Of a stretch of DNA of 64,000 bases, positions 1 to 9,280 are shown in pieces (position 1 is the stretch's first letter; every line of letters begins with the position of its first letter). Origin of the DNA: Gammaproteobacteria bacterium. GTDB lineage: Bacteria; Pseudomonadota; Gammaproteobacteria; Eutrophobiales; Eutrophobiaceae. The translations under genes were made by a program, and so were the position numbers. The stretch is taken from NCBI GenBank assembly GCA_046757565.1, contig JBHHYN010000001.1, positions 11,466 through 75,465 of the forward strand, read 5' to 3'. The notes beneath the pieces are model-generated. The model saw nothing but the letters and a program-made list of their open reading frames with translations. It was not told the origin of the DNA and did not search any database.

Positions 1-634
1 CTTCAAGTTCTCTCAGGATCTCTCTGCGCACCTTGTGCAGGTCCTTACCGGAATACATGGCATTCAGATAATTCGATGCCTGCTTCAATTCAGATGGGGT
101 ATAGCGGCGATTTGTATGGATGATGCGGTTCTGGATCTCCTGGTCGCTCACCACCAGAATCACCAATACCCGGTTATCCGACAAAGAGACGAACTCTACC
201 TGGCGCAATTCCGGGTGCTCATTTCGCGGCAACATGACGATACCGGCAAGTCTGGTGATCTCAGACAACATCGAGGAGGTGCGTTCCACCAAATGCTGCA
301 CATCATCACCCGAATCCAGTTCCCTCGCGATGCGCTCGACCGCAGCACTATCCAGCTCATCGACCCGTAACAGACTGTCGACAAACAGGCGGTAGCCTTT
401 TACTGTCGGCACACGGCCAGACGAGGTATGCGGGGAATTCAGTAAACCCAGATCTTCCAGATCAGCCATGGTATTGCGGATGGTTGCGGGACTCAGGTCA
501 AGACTGGTATCCCGGGCCAGTGTCCGCGACCCCACCGGCTGGCCATCCACAATAAAATGCTCCACCAGCGCCCTGAAAAGATGTAGGCTACGCACTGATA
601 GCTGTGCTGTGTTAGTGGGTGACGGTCTCGACAT
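1..634 (-). CDS. hrcA: Heat-inducible transcription repressor HrcA, N-terminal ~211 codons (the rest of the gene lies beyond the window start)
   Basis: Absent from the ORF track because it runs off the edge. Manual translation of the minus strand from the ATG at comp(632-634) gives MSRPSPTNTAQLSVRSLHLFRALVEHFIVDGQPVGSRTLARDTSLDLSPATIRNTMADLEDLGLLNSPHTSSGRVPTVKGYRLFVDSLL..., the typical HrcA N-terminus. The + strand ORFs at 35-782 are shadow ORFs. Confidence 0.85.
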   Translation of the reverse strand, partial: MSRPSPTNTAQLSVRSLHLFRALVEHFIVDGQPVGSRTLARDTSLDLSPATIRNTMADLEDLGLLNSPHTSSGRVPTVKGYRLFVDSLLRVDELDSAAVERIARELDSGDDVQHLVERTSSMLSEITRLAGIVMLPRNEHPELRQVEFVSLSDNRVLVILVVSDQEIQNRIIHTNRRYTPSELKQASNYLNAMYSGKDLHKVRREILRELE

Positions 635-668
635 TTCTCTTCGGCAATTATTAAATAACTACAAAAAT

Positions 669-695
669 CTAGCATTCCCTGAATCAGACTGCAAA
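669..695. promoter_or_regulatory. Degenerate CIRCE-like inverted repeat upstream of hrcA (CTAGCATTC-N9-GACTGCAAA)
   Basis: Each half matches the CIRCE consensus TTAGCACTC-N9-GAGTGCTAA at 7 of 9 positions with the correct 9-nt spacer. It lies about 35-60 nt upstream of the hrcA start in the hrcA/nadK divergent gap. Arm-to-arm complementarity is only 6/9. Confidence 0.35.
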
Positions 696-760
696 ACAAT
701 ATTGGCGGATGACTCTGTCCATGTTAGTTTTTCCCCTCAGAAACCAGGAATTCCGGTGAA

Positions 761-1621
761 ATGTTTAAACGAATTGCCTTGATTACCAATATTAGCGGCA
801 CGCAAATCGCGGATACACTGCAAACCGTGGCCCGTTTCCTCCTGTCCCGTGGCATTCATATTGTCCTGGATGAGGCCTGCGCCGAATTATTGCCCGATTC
901 AGGGCTGAAATCCGTCTCCGCTGAACAATTACCCCTGGAATGCGATATGGCCATTGCCATTGGTGGTGACGGCACCATGCTCAAGGCATCCAGACTGCTG
1001 GCGGATTATGACGTACCACTCCTGGGGATTAACCGCGGCCGATTGGGCTTCCTGGCGGATATCCCCGCCGACTCCGTCGAACAGCACCTGGAGCGGATAC
1101 TGGAGGGTGACTTTGTGGAAGATGAGCGCTTCCAACTCCACTGCCAGGTCGACCGTGGGAATAAGACTATCATAAAAAGCAATGCCTTTAACGATGTCAT
1201 CATTCAGAGATGGAATATTGCAAAACTGATCGAACTGAGGACCTATGTCGACACAAAATTGCTCAATTCACAACGCTCTGACGGCATGATCATCGCTTCA
1301 CCCACCGGCTCCACTGCGTATGCCCTGTCTGGAGGCGGCCCTATCCTGCATCCGTCCCTGGATGCCCTGGTACTCGTCCCAATCTGTCCCCATACGCTGA
1401 GTAACCGGCCCATTGTCATTGGCGGCAACAGCCGTATTGAGATCGTGATCGGTACTCCGGAAATTGATCACGCCCGGCTGACCTGCGATGGTGAAATTGA
1501 GTGTGAACTGTCCACCGGTGATCGTGTCATTGTCCATAAAAAAGATAAAACCATCCGCCTTATCCACCCGGCAGGGCATGATCATTTCAACATTCTGCGT
1601 GCAAAACTGCAGTGGGGCTAA
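761..1621 (+). CDS. nadK: NAD kinase
   Basis: 286-aa ORF with a GGDGT motif (AIGGDGTMLKASRLL) and the conserved C-terminal region (ASPTGSTAYALSGGGPILHP). Sits in the classical position next to recN. Confidence 0.95.
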   Translation: MFKRIALITNISGTQIADTLQTVARFLLSRGIHIVLDEACAELLPDSGLKSVSAEQLPLECDMAIAIGGDGTMLKASRLLADYDVPLLGINRGRLGFLADIPADSVEQHLERILEGDFVEDERFQLHCQVDRGNKTIIKSNAFNDVIIQRWNIAKLIELRTYVDTKLLNSQRSDGMIIASPTGSTAYALSGGGPILHPSLDALVLVPICPHTLSNRPIVIGGNSRIEIVIGTPEIDHARLTCDGEIECELSTGDRVIVHKKDKTIRLIHPAGHDHFNILRAKLQWG

Positions 1622-1652
1622 TGCTTCGCAACCCTGACGAGATTGTTCACCC

Positions 1653-3326
1653 TTGCCTCGACGTATGTTAAAGCAACTCAATATCCACAACTTTGCAATT
1701 ATTGAGGAACTGGAGCTGCTGTTCCGTCCGGGTCTGACGGTCTTTACCGGCGAAACCGGCGCCGGGAAGTCTATTCTGGTCGATGCCCTGGGCCTGGTAC
1801 TGGGCGATCGCGCGGACAGCAGCATTATCCGGGAAGCCTGTCAACGCGCGGAAATTACAGCAATTTTTGACATAAAGGGAAACGCTAACATTATCTCAAT
1901 ACTGCATGATCAGGCCATGGAGGCAGAGGGCCATGAACTACACATACGCCGGGTAATCAGTAAAGACGGCCGTTCGCGGGGCTACGTCAACAACAGCCCG
2001 GCGACAGTACAACTGTTGCAAACCCTCGGAGAGAATCTGGTCGATATCCACGGCCAACACACTCACCAGTCACTCACGAAACGGGACATACAGCGTGACC
2101 TGCTGGATGAATTTGGCGTCCATGCCAAGGAACTGGCAAAGGTGGCCACTGCCTGCAACGACTGGAATGAAGCTACGACACGTCTCGCAGCGCTGCAGGG
2201 CAACACCGATACGGATGCAACCCGGTCGCTGTTGCGCTATCAGATCCAGGAACTGGAGACGCTTGACCCCAGACAAGATGAATACGACAGGCTCGGAGAA
2301 GAGTACAAACGGCTGGCAAACGCCAGTCACCTCGTGGAAACGGTACAAAAGGCCCTGTACGGATTTTACGAAGATGAACATTCCGTTTACTCGCAAATAA
2401 ACAAAATGCTGAGCGATCTGCGGGAATGCCGGAAATTTGATGAATCGCTCGGTAACATCACCCCGATTCTGGATGATGCCTGCATTCAACTCAGTGAAGC
2501 CGGAGATGAATTGCGTGCCTATCTGGAGACGCTGCATGTCGATCCCGTACGGCTGCAGAAAGTGGAGGAACGATTGTCAGATTTGCACGAAATGGCCCGC
2601 AAACACCAGGTGCAAGCCCAACAACTGACTGAGCACCTGCACAGGCTGAAGGAAAAATTAAAGGCGATGGAAAACAGTGAACAGATTATCTGCGGTTTAC
2701 AAGAGCAACAGCAGCTGGCGATGGAACAGTATCGATATGCTACCCGGATGTTGCACCAGTGCCGAAAAAAAGCGGCCGGTAAGATGTCCACCGACATCAC
2801 GGCAAAACTGAAGGAATTGGGAATGCCCGACGGCCAGTTTGAAATTACCGTTAACAGCAGTAATGATCCAAAGCCGAAACCGTCGGGAAACGACCAGATT
2901 GAGTTTCTGGTCAATATAAATCCGGGTCAGGCCCTGCAATCCTTACGGAAAGTCGCTTCCGGTGGTGAGTTGTCGCGCATCAGTCTTGCCATCCAGGTGA
3001 TTGGCAGTAGCTACAAGGGCATCCCGTCTCTCGTGTTTGATGAAATTGATGCAGGTATCGGCGGTGGTGTCGCGGAAATTGTTGGCCAGCAGTTACACGC
3101 GCTCGCCGAACGGCGTCAGGTCTTCTGCGTGACCCATCTCCCTCAAGTCGCCTCCCAGGGAGACCACCACCTGCAGGTAAAGAAATCATCCAACAAGACC
3201 ACAACACGAACCGGGGTAAATACCCTCAGTGGAGAACAGCGTGTCGACGAAATTGCACGCATGTTAGGCGGTGTGAACATCACCGCTCAGAGCCGCCGGC
3301 ATGCAGAAGAGATGCTTTCCGGTTGA
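1653..3326 (+). CDS. recN: DNA repair protein RecN (probable true start is the ATG at 1665)
   Basis: MLKQLNIHNFAIIEELELLF...TGETGAGKSILVDAL Walker A, long coiled-coil middle, C-terminal signature ASGGELSRISLAIQ and Walker B LVFDEIDAGIGG. The track start at 1653 is a TTG. Confidence 0.95.
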   Translation: MPRRMLKQLNIHNFAIIEELELLFRPGLTVFTGETGAGKSILVDALGLVLGDRADSSIIREACQRAEITAIFDIKGNANIISILHDQAMEAEGHELHIRRVISKDGRSRGYVNNSPATVQLLQTLGENLVDIHGQHTHQSLTKRDIQRDLLDEFGVHAKELAKVATACNDWNEATTRLAALQGNTDTDATRSLLRYQIQELETLDPRQDEYDRLGEEYKRLANASHLVETVQKALYGFYEDEHSVYSQINKMLSDLRECRKFDESLGNITPILDDACIQLSEAGDELRAYLETLHVDPVRLQKVEERLSDLHEMARKHQVQAQQLTEHLHRLKEKLKAMENSEQIICGLQEQQQLAMEQYRYATRMLHQCRKKAAGKMSTDITAKLKELGMPDGQFEITVNSSNDPKPKPSGNDQIEFLVNINPGQALQSLRKVASGGELSRISLAIQVIGSSYKGIPSLVFDEIDAGIGGGVAEIVGQQLHALAERRQVFCVTHLPQVASQGDHHLQVKKSSNKTTTRTGVNTLSGEQRVDEIARMLGGVNITAQSRRHAEEMLSG

Positions 3327-3733
3327 CACCGCGCCGAGCACAACACCCTGTATGAAATGGCGAGTAATTCAGACCAGGCGCACTGCTGCACGTAAATATG
3401 ACGCAAGAGCCTGGTTAGATAACGTTTTTTTTATAAGCGTCAAATAATTGACTTCCCACTTGGGATGGATCTGGAACTTATTCCAAGCTTTTTCTGCCTA
3501 AACAGGGTAAACTAAAGAAAGGTGATTGCAGGAATAACATAAATTTAAATTGGCATATTTCTTGAGTATCATTTAATGCCGAATTTATGCCTTAGGTAGT
3601 CAAGTAATCAAAACAGATGCCGTTAACATGGTCATAGTTGATCGATCATGACAGCATGGCGAAATAATAACAGAACCAGGTAGCGAGAGGAGAAACGGTA
3701 AAAAAGTGAGTAGTTTCATTAACGAGGCTGTGT

Positions 3734-5002
3734 ATGCATACAAAGGTAATAGCGCCGGCTTATCTACCCGTCACCCTGTTAAGGGGGTTGACTGCTATTG
3801 CTGTGCTTGTCTATTGCCTGGCCTATATATCGAATGTTCCCGCCGCTGATCCTATACGGATCGCTTACGCTGCAAAAACAACCAATCATCTACCCCAACC
3901 CCATGTGCCGGGAAGGCTGGTAAATGTCGGCACGCACCGGCTGCATATTGATTGCCGGGGCAGTGGCAGACCGACTGTTGTTGTTGACGCCGGCCTGGGC
4001 GCAATCTCGCTGGAATGGACCCGGATTCAGGCGGCGATAGCGAAGCGTACCCGCATCTGTCTGTATGATCGGGCAGGCTATGGCTACAGCGACCCCGGTC
4101 CCCTTCCGCGCACCAGCTCATATATCGTCGATGAACTCTATCACCTGCTGATGAATGCCCGGATTAAGGGGCCATTTATTCTGGTAGGGCACTCCTTCGG
4201 TGGTTATAACATGCAGTTATTTGCCAGCCGTTATCCCCATATTAGCGCCGGAGTAGTTCTGGTCGACTCATCGCATATAGATCAATACAGGCGCTTTCTG
4301 GCGCAACCGATTCATGTGAAGACATCTCCTCCCAACAGGACAAAACTCGGCATTGTGAGATTTTCGCCACCACCCATCCATCCGCACCTTCCTGAGGAAG
4401 TTCGTAACGAAATCCTGGGCCTGATGTTAAGGCAGCCGATGCGCTACGCGATGGCATATGAATTCTATAACTTCAGACAAAGTGCTAAAGAGGTCAGGGA
4501 AGGCGGCCCCTTTCCCAATGTTCCCCTGCTTGTACTGACCAGAGGTAAACGGGTATATCCTTATACCCATAAGGGCGATCTCATGAGGACGCTGTGGATG
4601 CAGTTACAGACTGAGCTTTCCGAACGCAGCCAATTTTCGGCACATGCCATTGCCGACAAGAGCGGCCATTTTATTCATCTGGACCAACCGCAACTGGTCA
4701 TCGATGCCATTTCCATGGTCATTGGCGTAGTTAAATATCAATCTGTCAAAAGAAGCCATCCTGCAGAGGCAAAACTGGTGCTGGAACCCAGGTGGTATGA
4801 TTTCATAGATGTGACCTGGAAATCCAATCATCTCTATCATGACCCCGTACTTAGTTATTTGTATCCGGAAACCGGTAACCAAAACGAGCATACGATATAT
4901 GCTGGTCCGCTGGCGATGCCTGTCTTCCTTCCAGCAGGAAAACCCGACTCTAAATTATTGACATTTGTCAGCAGGGAATCTCTGGTCAGGCGCTACCAGT
5001 AG
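3734..5002 (+). CDS. Alpha/beta-fold hydrolase with N-terminal membrane/signal segment and a ~130-aa C-terminal extension
   Basis: Nucleophile elbow GHSFGG, HRLHIDCRGSGRPTVVVDAGLG oxyanion-region pattern, C-terminal SGHFIHLDQP histidine motif, hydrophobic N-terminus. Substrate unknown. Confidence 0.75.
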   Translation: MHTKVIAPAYLPVTLLRGLTAIAVLVYCLAYISNVPAADPIRIAYAAKTTNHLPQPHVPGRLVNVGTHRLHIDCRGSGRPTVVVDAGLGAISLEWTRIQAAIAKRTRICLYDRAGYGYSDPGPLPRTSSYIVDELYHLLMNARIKGPFILVGHSFGGYNMQLFASRYPHISAGVVLVDSSHIDQYRRFLAQPIHVKTSPPNRTKLGIVRFSPPPIHPHLPEEVRNEILGLMLRQPMRYAMAYEFYNFRQSAKEVREGGPFPNVPLLVLTRGKRVYPYTHKGDLMRTLWMQLQTELSERSQFSAHAIADKSGHFIHLDQPQLVIDAISMVIGVVKYQSVKRSHPAEAKLVLEPRWYDFIDVTWKSNHLYHDPVLSYLYPETGNQNEHTIYAGPLAMPVFLPAGKPDSKLLTFVSRESLVRRYQ

Positions 5003-5074
5003 ATCTGTATTTAGAACCTATCTCAAAACCTCCGCTATGACGTAATAAAGCGATCTCTGGAAATAGCGCAAAAG

Positions 5075-5476
5075 TCATTCCTTGGGCCGCACATAAAGCA
5101 CCAGGCTGTGATCTTCCAGCACATATCCGTTTTTTTCGGCAATATTCTTCTGCAATTCCTCTATCTCTTCGCTTTCAAATTCGATGACCTTGCCCGTTTT
5201 AAGACAAACCATATGATCGTGGTGCCCGCCCCGATTGACCTCGAAAACCGAATGGCCAGAATCAAAATTGTGACGGGTCACCAATCCGGCCGTTTCGAAT
5301 TGCGTCAGAACGCGATACACAGTGGCCAAACCAACCTCCTCACCCGCCTGCAGCAATGCCTTGTAGACATCCTCGGCACTGACATGTCTAAGCTCGGATT
5401 CCTCCAATACTTCAAGTATTCGCAGGCGTGGAAGAGTCGCCTTCAAACCCACATTCTTCAGATCTTTAGATTCCAT
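5075..5476 (-). CDS. fur: Ferric uptake regulator Fur
   Basis: 133 aa. LKATLPRLRILEVL...HVSAEDVYKAL...GLATVYRVLTQFETAGLV DNA-binding region, then the HHDHMVC metal-site motif. Divergent from bamE as in many gammaproteobacteria. Confidence 0.95.
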   Translation of the reverse strand: MESKDLKNVGLKATLPRLRILEVLEESELRHVSAEDVYKALLQAGEEVGLATVYRVLTQFETAGLVTRHNFDSGHSVFEVNRGGHHDHMVCLKTGKVIEFESEEIEELQKNIAEKNGYVLEDHSLVLYVRPKE

Positions 5477-5610
5477 AGTGCATTACGTTTGCGGGTAAAA
5501 TCAGTTTAAATAGTGTGATGAGGCAAGTATAGCCAAACTCCATGCGTCTGTCGTTACGCGACGTGATTAGCTGGTGAGTTAATAAGGTCAATACGCTACA
5601 ATCCGGATCC

Positions 5611-6222
5611 TTGATAATAGAGAATAGTGCTATGTTATTTCGTTCTTTCTTCCCTGCGTTAATCATTCTGGTGGCAACTGCTGGTTGTTTCCACAATGAT
5701 GGTGAGTTCAAATTGCCCGGTGTATACCGGTTGGATGTCCAGCAGGGCAATGTAATAGAACAGGAGATGATAGATAAACTCAAGCCCGGTATGCTTAAAA
5801 ACCAGGTGCGTTTCATCATGGGGACACCGGCAGTGATTGATCCATTTCATCCGGATCGCTGGGATTACATCTACACCTTCTCGAAAGGGGGAGGCAAGCG
5901 CAAGCGTTTGCATGTAACGCTCCATTTCAAGGAAGACAAACTCACCTATCTCGACGGAGATATCGTCAGTGCACTGAGAAAACCGTCGGAAGAGGTAAAA
6001 AAACAGTCGCAAACCGTTGATGTGCCACTCGGGACGAAACAGGAGAAAAAAGGGTTTTTCAGCAAGATGCTGGGAGTCCTGCCCTTTGTCGGCGATGATG
6101 AACCATCCCCTACCGAGCCCCCTGAGAACAAGGATAAAACAACAAAATCCGGGCCTGGAACCACTACACCTTCGGCCGATAGCGGGAATCGCGAAAAGAG
6201 AACAGACACGCCCGATAAATAA
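5611..6222 (+). CDS. bamE: Outer membrane protein assembly factor BamE (SmpA/OmlA) with a long low-complexity C-terminal tail; probable start is the ATG at 5632
   Basis: Lipobox-like LVATAGC, then YRLDVQQGNVIEQEMIDKLKPGMLKNQVRFIMGTPAVIDPFHPDRWDYIY, which is the BamE core. About 85 extra K/E/P/T-rich residues follow. Confidence 0.85.
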   Translation: MIIENSAMLFRSFFPALIILVATAGCFHNDGEFKLPGVYRLDVQQGNVIEQEMIDKLKPGMLKNQVRFIMGTPAVIDPFHPDRWDYIYTFSKGGGKRKRLHVTLHFKEDKLTYLDGDIVSALRKPSEEVKKQSQTVDVPLGTKQEKKGFFSKMLGVLPFVGDDEPSPTEPPENKDKTTKSGPGTTTPSADSGNREKRTDTPDK

Positions 6223-6256
6223 AGGGTGCTTGATTCATACCTCACTTCAATTCAAT

Positions 6257-7141
6257 GTGATTAATCATCGAACTGAAACCCTCATCTGCTTCGTCATCTG
6301 CCTGCTTTCTGCCCTGCAGTGTTTCCCGGCAATCAGTGTAATCGATGATGAAGGCCGGCAGATAACCGTTACACAACCCGTACAACGGATCATCAGCCTT
6401 GCTCCTCATACGACCGAGTTATTATTTGCAGCAGGCGCCGGCAACAAACTAGTCGGAACAGCGAAATACAGTGACTACCCTGCTGCAGCAAGGAATATTC
6501 CCAGAGTCGGCGATACCCACAGCCTGGACATGGAACGCATTATTTCACTTAATCCGGACCTGATCGTTATCTGGCAAAGTGGCAATGGAGCCGGCGTTAT
6601 GGAACGAATTCAGGATTTGCACTTCAGGACATATCTTTCAGAACCAAAAACGATTGCGTCGATTGCAAAATCGATTAATGACTTTGGCCTGTTGGCAGGG
6701 ACATATAAAATTGCCAAACGGAGCAGTGAACAGTTCATGAATACATTACAGAAATTACGGCACCGTTTTGCAGGAAGACCGGCCGTTTCTGTATTTTACC
6801 AAATATGGGACCAGCCTCTGTTCACCATCAATGGCAAACATCTGATCAGCCAGGCACTACGGATTTGCGGAGGCCGTAATATCTTTGCGGAGTTACCAGC
6901 CCTATCACCGCAGGTCGGACTGGAGGCAGTATTAGATAGAAACCCGCAGGTGATCATAGCCAGTGGCGCCAATGCGGATCGTTTTCACTGGCTGGACAAG
7001 TGGGAGAAATGGCCGTCGCTATCTGCCGTCAAAAACAGACATCTGTATTTCATTCCACCTGATCTGATCCAACGGCATACGCCACGTTTCCTCAAGGGGG
7101 CTGCGATGTTATGTAAATTCCTGGACAGGGCGAGAGAGTAA
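6257..7141 (+). CDS. btuF: Periplasmic cobalamin-binding protein BtuF-like (ABC substrate-binding, cluster A). Track ORF is 6017-7141; probable GTG start at 6257
   Basis: RIISLAPHTTELLFAAGAGNKLVGTAKYSDYPAAARNIPRVG...LNPDLIVIW...ICGGRNIF... is collinear with E. coli BtuF as I remember it. A signal-like segment follows the GTG. Confidence 0.8.
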   Translation: MINHRTETLICFVICLLSALQCFPAISVIDDEGRQITVTQPVQRIISLAPHTTELLFAAGAGNKLVGTAKYSDYPAAARNIPRVGDTHSLDMERIISLNPDLIVIWQSGNGAGVMERIQDLHFRTYLSEPKTIASIAKSINDFGLLAGTYKIAKRSSEQFMNTLQKLRHRFAGRPAVSVFYQIWDQPLFTINGKHLISQALRICGGRNIFAELPALSPQVGLEAVLDRNPQVIIASGANADRFHWLDKWEKWPSLSAVKNRHLYFIPPDLIQRHTPRFLKGAAMLCKFLDRARE

Positions 7142-7188
7142 TAAAAAACGGCAAGATGATAGTAAAAAGATAATTTCCTGCTATACAA

Positions 7189-7956
7189 TCACTCGGGGAA
7201 GAAAAAGCCGGCGCCATCTGCATGGATGTGTCTAATAGGATGCTGATAAAGCCGTTGCAGATTTTGCTGTATCACAATTTCTTCAACCAGCCCGCAGAGG
7301 ATGGTCTCATGGTCAATCATCAGCATGGCATGGGTACAAAATCGCGAGACCAGATTTACATCATGCAGTACCATTATTATACCACCATCCACGGATTCGG
7401 CCCTGTTTACTATTAATTCCAGCAGGGTTATTTGATGATGAAGATCGAGATGATTGGTCGGTTCATCCAGTAACCAGATAACCGGGTTCTGAACCAGGAG
7501 TGTGGCGATGGCGAGCCGACGCCGTTCACCACCGGAGAGTGTGTTCACCTGGCGCTGCACCATATCCTGCATAGCGACCGCGGACAAGGCCTGATTCGCC
7601 ATGGCAATATCCTCCTTGCCTTCAAACGCCCAAAACGGCAGATAAGGATAACGGCCGGTTAAAGCCGTTTCCATGACAGAGCCTGGAAAGGTATCCTGAC
7701 TATCCTGAAACAGGACCCCGAGTTTTCGCGCCAGGGCCTTCCTGTTCCATTCATCCAGGTCCATACCAGCGACGCTTATCTCGCCTCCCGCGGCCGGCAA
7801 AAGTCCCGCAAGGGTCTGCAGCATCGTGGTCTTGCCAATGCCATTGCCCCCCAGGATACCCCATCGTTGACCATGATCGAGTTTAAAATCCAGGTTTTTA
7901 CAAATAGGTTTGTCCCCGATAATCACCGACAGCGAATGGGTGCTCAGCAGACTCAT
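7189..7956 (-). CDS. btuD: ABC transporter ATP-binding protein (BtuD/HmuV/FecE type). True start at 7956; the 429-aa track ORF is over-extended
   Basis: Walker A GGNGIGKTT, signature LSGGERRR, Walker B WLLDEPTNHLD. Its ATG overlaps the stop of the upstream permease (ATGA). Confidence 0.85.
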   Translation of the reverse strand: MSLLSTHSLSVIIGDKPICKNLDFKLDHGQRWGILGGNGIGKTTMLQTLAGLLPAAGGEISVAGMDLDEWNRKALARKLGVLFQDSQDTFPGSVMETALTGRYPYLPFWAFEGKEDIAMANQALSAVAMQDMVQRQVNTLSGGERRRLAIATLLVQNPVIWLLDEPTNHLDLHHQITLLELIVNRAESVDGGIIMVLHDVNLVSRFCTHAMLMIDHETILCGLVEEIVIQQNLQRLYQHPIRHIHADGAGFFFPE

Positions 7957-8972
7957 GGCTTCTGCCTGGCAACGATGGTCTGTAACAGGACAAGAAACAA
8001 CGGCACACCGAGCATAGCCGTTAACACGCCGACAGGTAACTGCTGCGGAGCAATAATGGTCCGGGCCAGGCCATCGGCAATCACCAGAAGACAGCCGCCG
8101 AGAAGAACGGAAACCGGTAATAACAGTCGATGGTCGCTGCCTATCAGCAGCCGTACCAGGTGTGGGATGATAAGGCCGATAAACCCTATACCACCCGCTT
8201 GCATGACTGCGGTTGCAGTCAGCAGAGAGGAGAGAAAATAGATAAAATAACGTAATTGATTGACAGATACCCCCAGTGCCGCAGCCTGTTGCTCCCCTCG
8301 AGTCAGCAGATTCAGACTGCGGGCGATAAACATGGAGATCACCAATCCGGTCATTAACACCGCCAGAGCAAAACGGGAATAATGCGCATAGGCCAGATCG
8401 CCCATTAACCAGAATAACATCCCGTGGATCTTCGCTGCCGGACTCACAGCCAGTAAAAAACTTATCAGCGCCCCCCAACCGGCAGCGACGACCACGCCCG
8501 TCAGCAACACGCGCATGGGGTTCCAGTTGCCGCCCATACGGGAGAGACCAAAAACCAGCAGGATCGAAATAAAGGCGCCTGTAAACGCGCCTGTGCTGAT
8601 CCAGACAGCGGACAATCCGCTAATCATCGCCAACAGCGCAAAAACCGAGGCACCCCCCGAGACACCAAGTACATAGGGCTCGGCCAGTGGATTGCGCAGC
8701 AACACCTGCATTAAGGCACCGGCCAGCGCCAACATCCCACCTACCAGAAATCCGACGATCACGCGTGGCATGCGTAAATCCAGGATGATCCTTGCTTCCA
8801 TGCCCTGGCTCTGGCTGAACAACACTGTAAGGACCCGGTGCAAACCGATGTCGATGCTTCCGACCGATAAGGAGAACAATATGGATAACAGGGAAAGGAT
8901 TATCAGCAACAACAAGATAGATAAAGTATATCTCGAATTAAAGGGATCGGAGGGGTGTTTCAACAGGGACAT
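7953..8972 (-). CDS. btuC: FecCD-family ABC permease (BtuC/HmuU type)
   Basis: 339 aa, polytopic, with typical FecCD motifs (RMPRVIVGFLVGGMLALAGALMQ, GGIGFIGLIIPHLVRLL). Adjacent to the btuD-like and btuF-like genes. Confidence 0.88.
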   Translation of the reverse strand: MSLLKHPSDPFNSRYTLSILLLLIILSLLSILFSLSVGSIDIGLHRVLTVLFSQSQGMEARIILDLRMPRVIVGFLVGGMLALAGALMQVLLRNPLAEPYVLGVSGGASVFALLAMISGLSAVWISTGAFTGAFISILLVFGLSRMGGNWNPMRVLLTGVVVAAGWGALISFLLAVSPAAKIHGMLFWLMGDLAYAHYSRFALAVLMTGLVISMFIARSLNLLTRGEQQAAALGVSVNQLRYFIYFLSSLLTATAVMQAGGIGFIGLIIPHLVRLLIGSDHRLLLPVSVLLGGCLLVIADGLARTIIAPQQLPVGVLTAMLGVPLFLVLLQTIVARQKP

Positions 8973-9280
8973 CAGGTCTTACCGCTGTTTTGCCGGACTG
9001 CACGCATGCGGCGCGCCTCCCTGGGATTGACAGTTAACGGCCGGTAGATTTCAACTCTGTCGCCATCGTTGACGATTGATTGCAATTCCCGGACTTTGCT
9101 GAATACGCCTACCGCATTCCTGGCGAGATCAATTTCAGGGCAAGTCTCAAGAATACCGGATTGTTCGATGACCTGTTTAATCGTCGTTCCTCTACTGACA
9201 TCGAGAGGAATAATTACAGATTGCTGGGGGTGTGCATAGGCTACGTCCACGTGTAACGGCTTATCATCACTGTCTGCCAT
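8972..9280 (-). CDS. rnfH: RnfH-family ubiquitin-like protein (UPF0125)
   Basis: 102 aa. VDVAYAHPQQSVIIPLDVSRGTTIKQVIEQSGIL...DGDRVEIYRPL pattern. Conserved partner downstream of ratA. Its stop shares one nt with the btuC start. Confidence 0.85.
   Translation of the reverse strand: MADSDDKPLHVDVAYAHPQQSVIIPLDVSRGTTIKQVIEQSGILETCPEIDLARNAVGVFSKVRELQSIVNDGDRVEIYRPLTVNPREARRMRAVRQNSGKT

Noticed and set aside
1622-1664. LexA/SOS box upstream of recN.
   Set aside because: No CTGT-N8-ACAG-type palindrome is visible in the 43-nt gap or in the end of nadK. recN may be co-transcribed with nadK or use a box I cannot recognise.
3370-3432. recN terminator (accaggc...gcctggt stem followed by tttttttt).
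   Set aside because: The 7-bp stem encloses a ~30-nt loop with no clear internal pairing. The T-run is suggestive but the structure is too weak to annotate.
5605-5632. Fur box in the fur/bamE intergenic region (cttgataatagagaatagtgct).
   Set aside because: Only the first GATAAT hexamer matches the 19-bp Fur consensus. The rest diverges, and the site lies at the bamE start rather than near the fur promoter.
7189-8478. 429-aa ORF in the track taken as one protein.
   Set aside because: Its first ~174 codons lie inside the btuC-like permease gene in another frame and have no ABC features. The ATPase begins at MSLLSTHSL (ATG at 7956), overlapping the permease stop.
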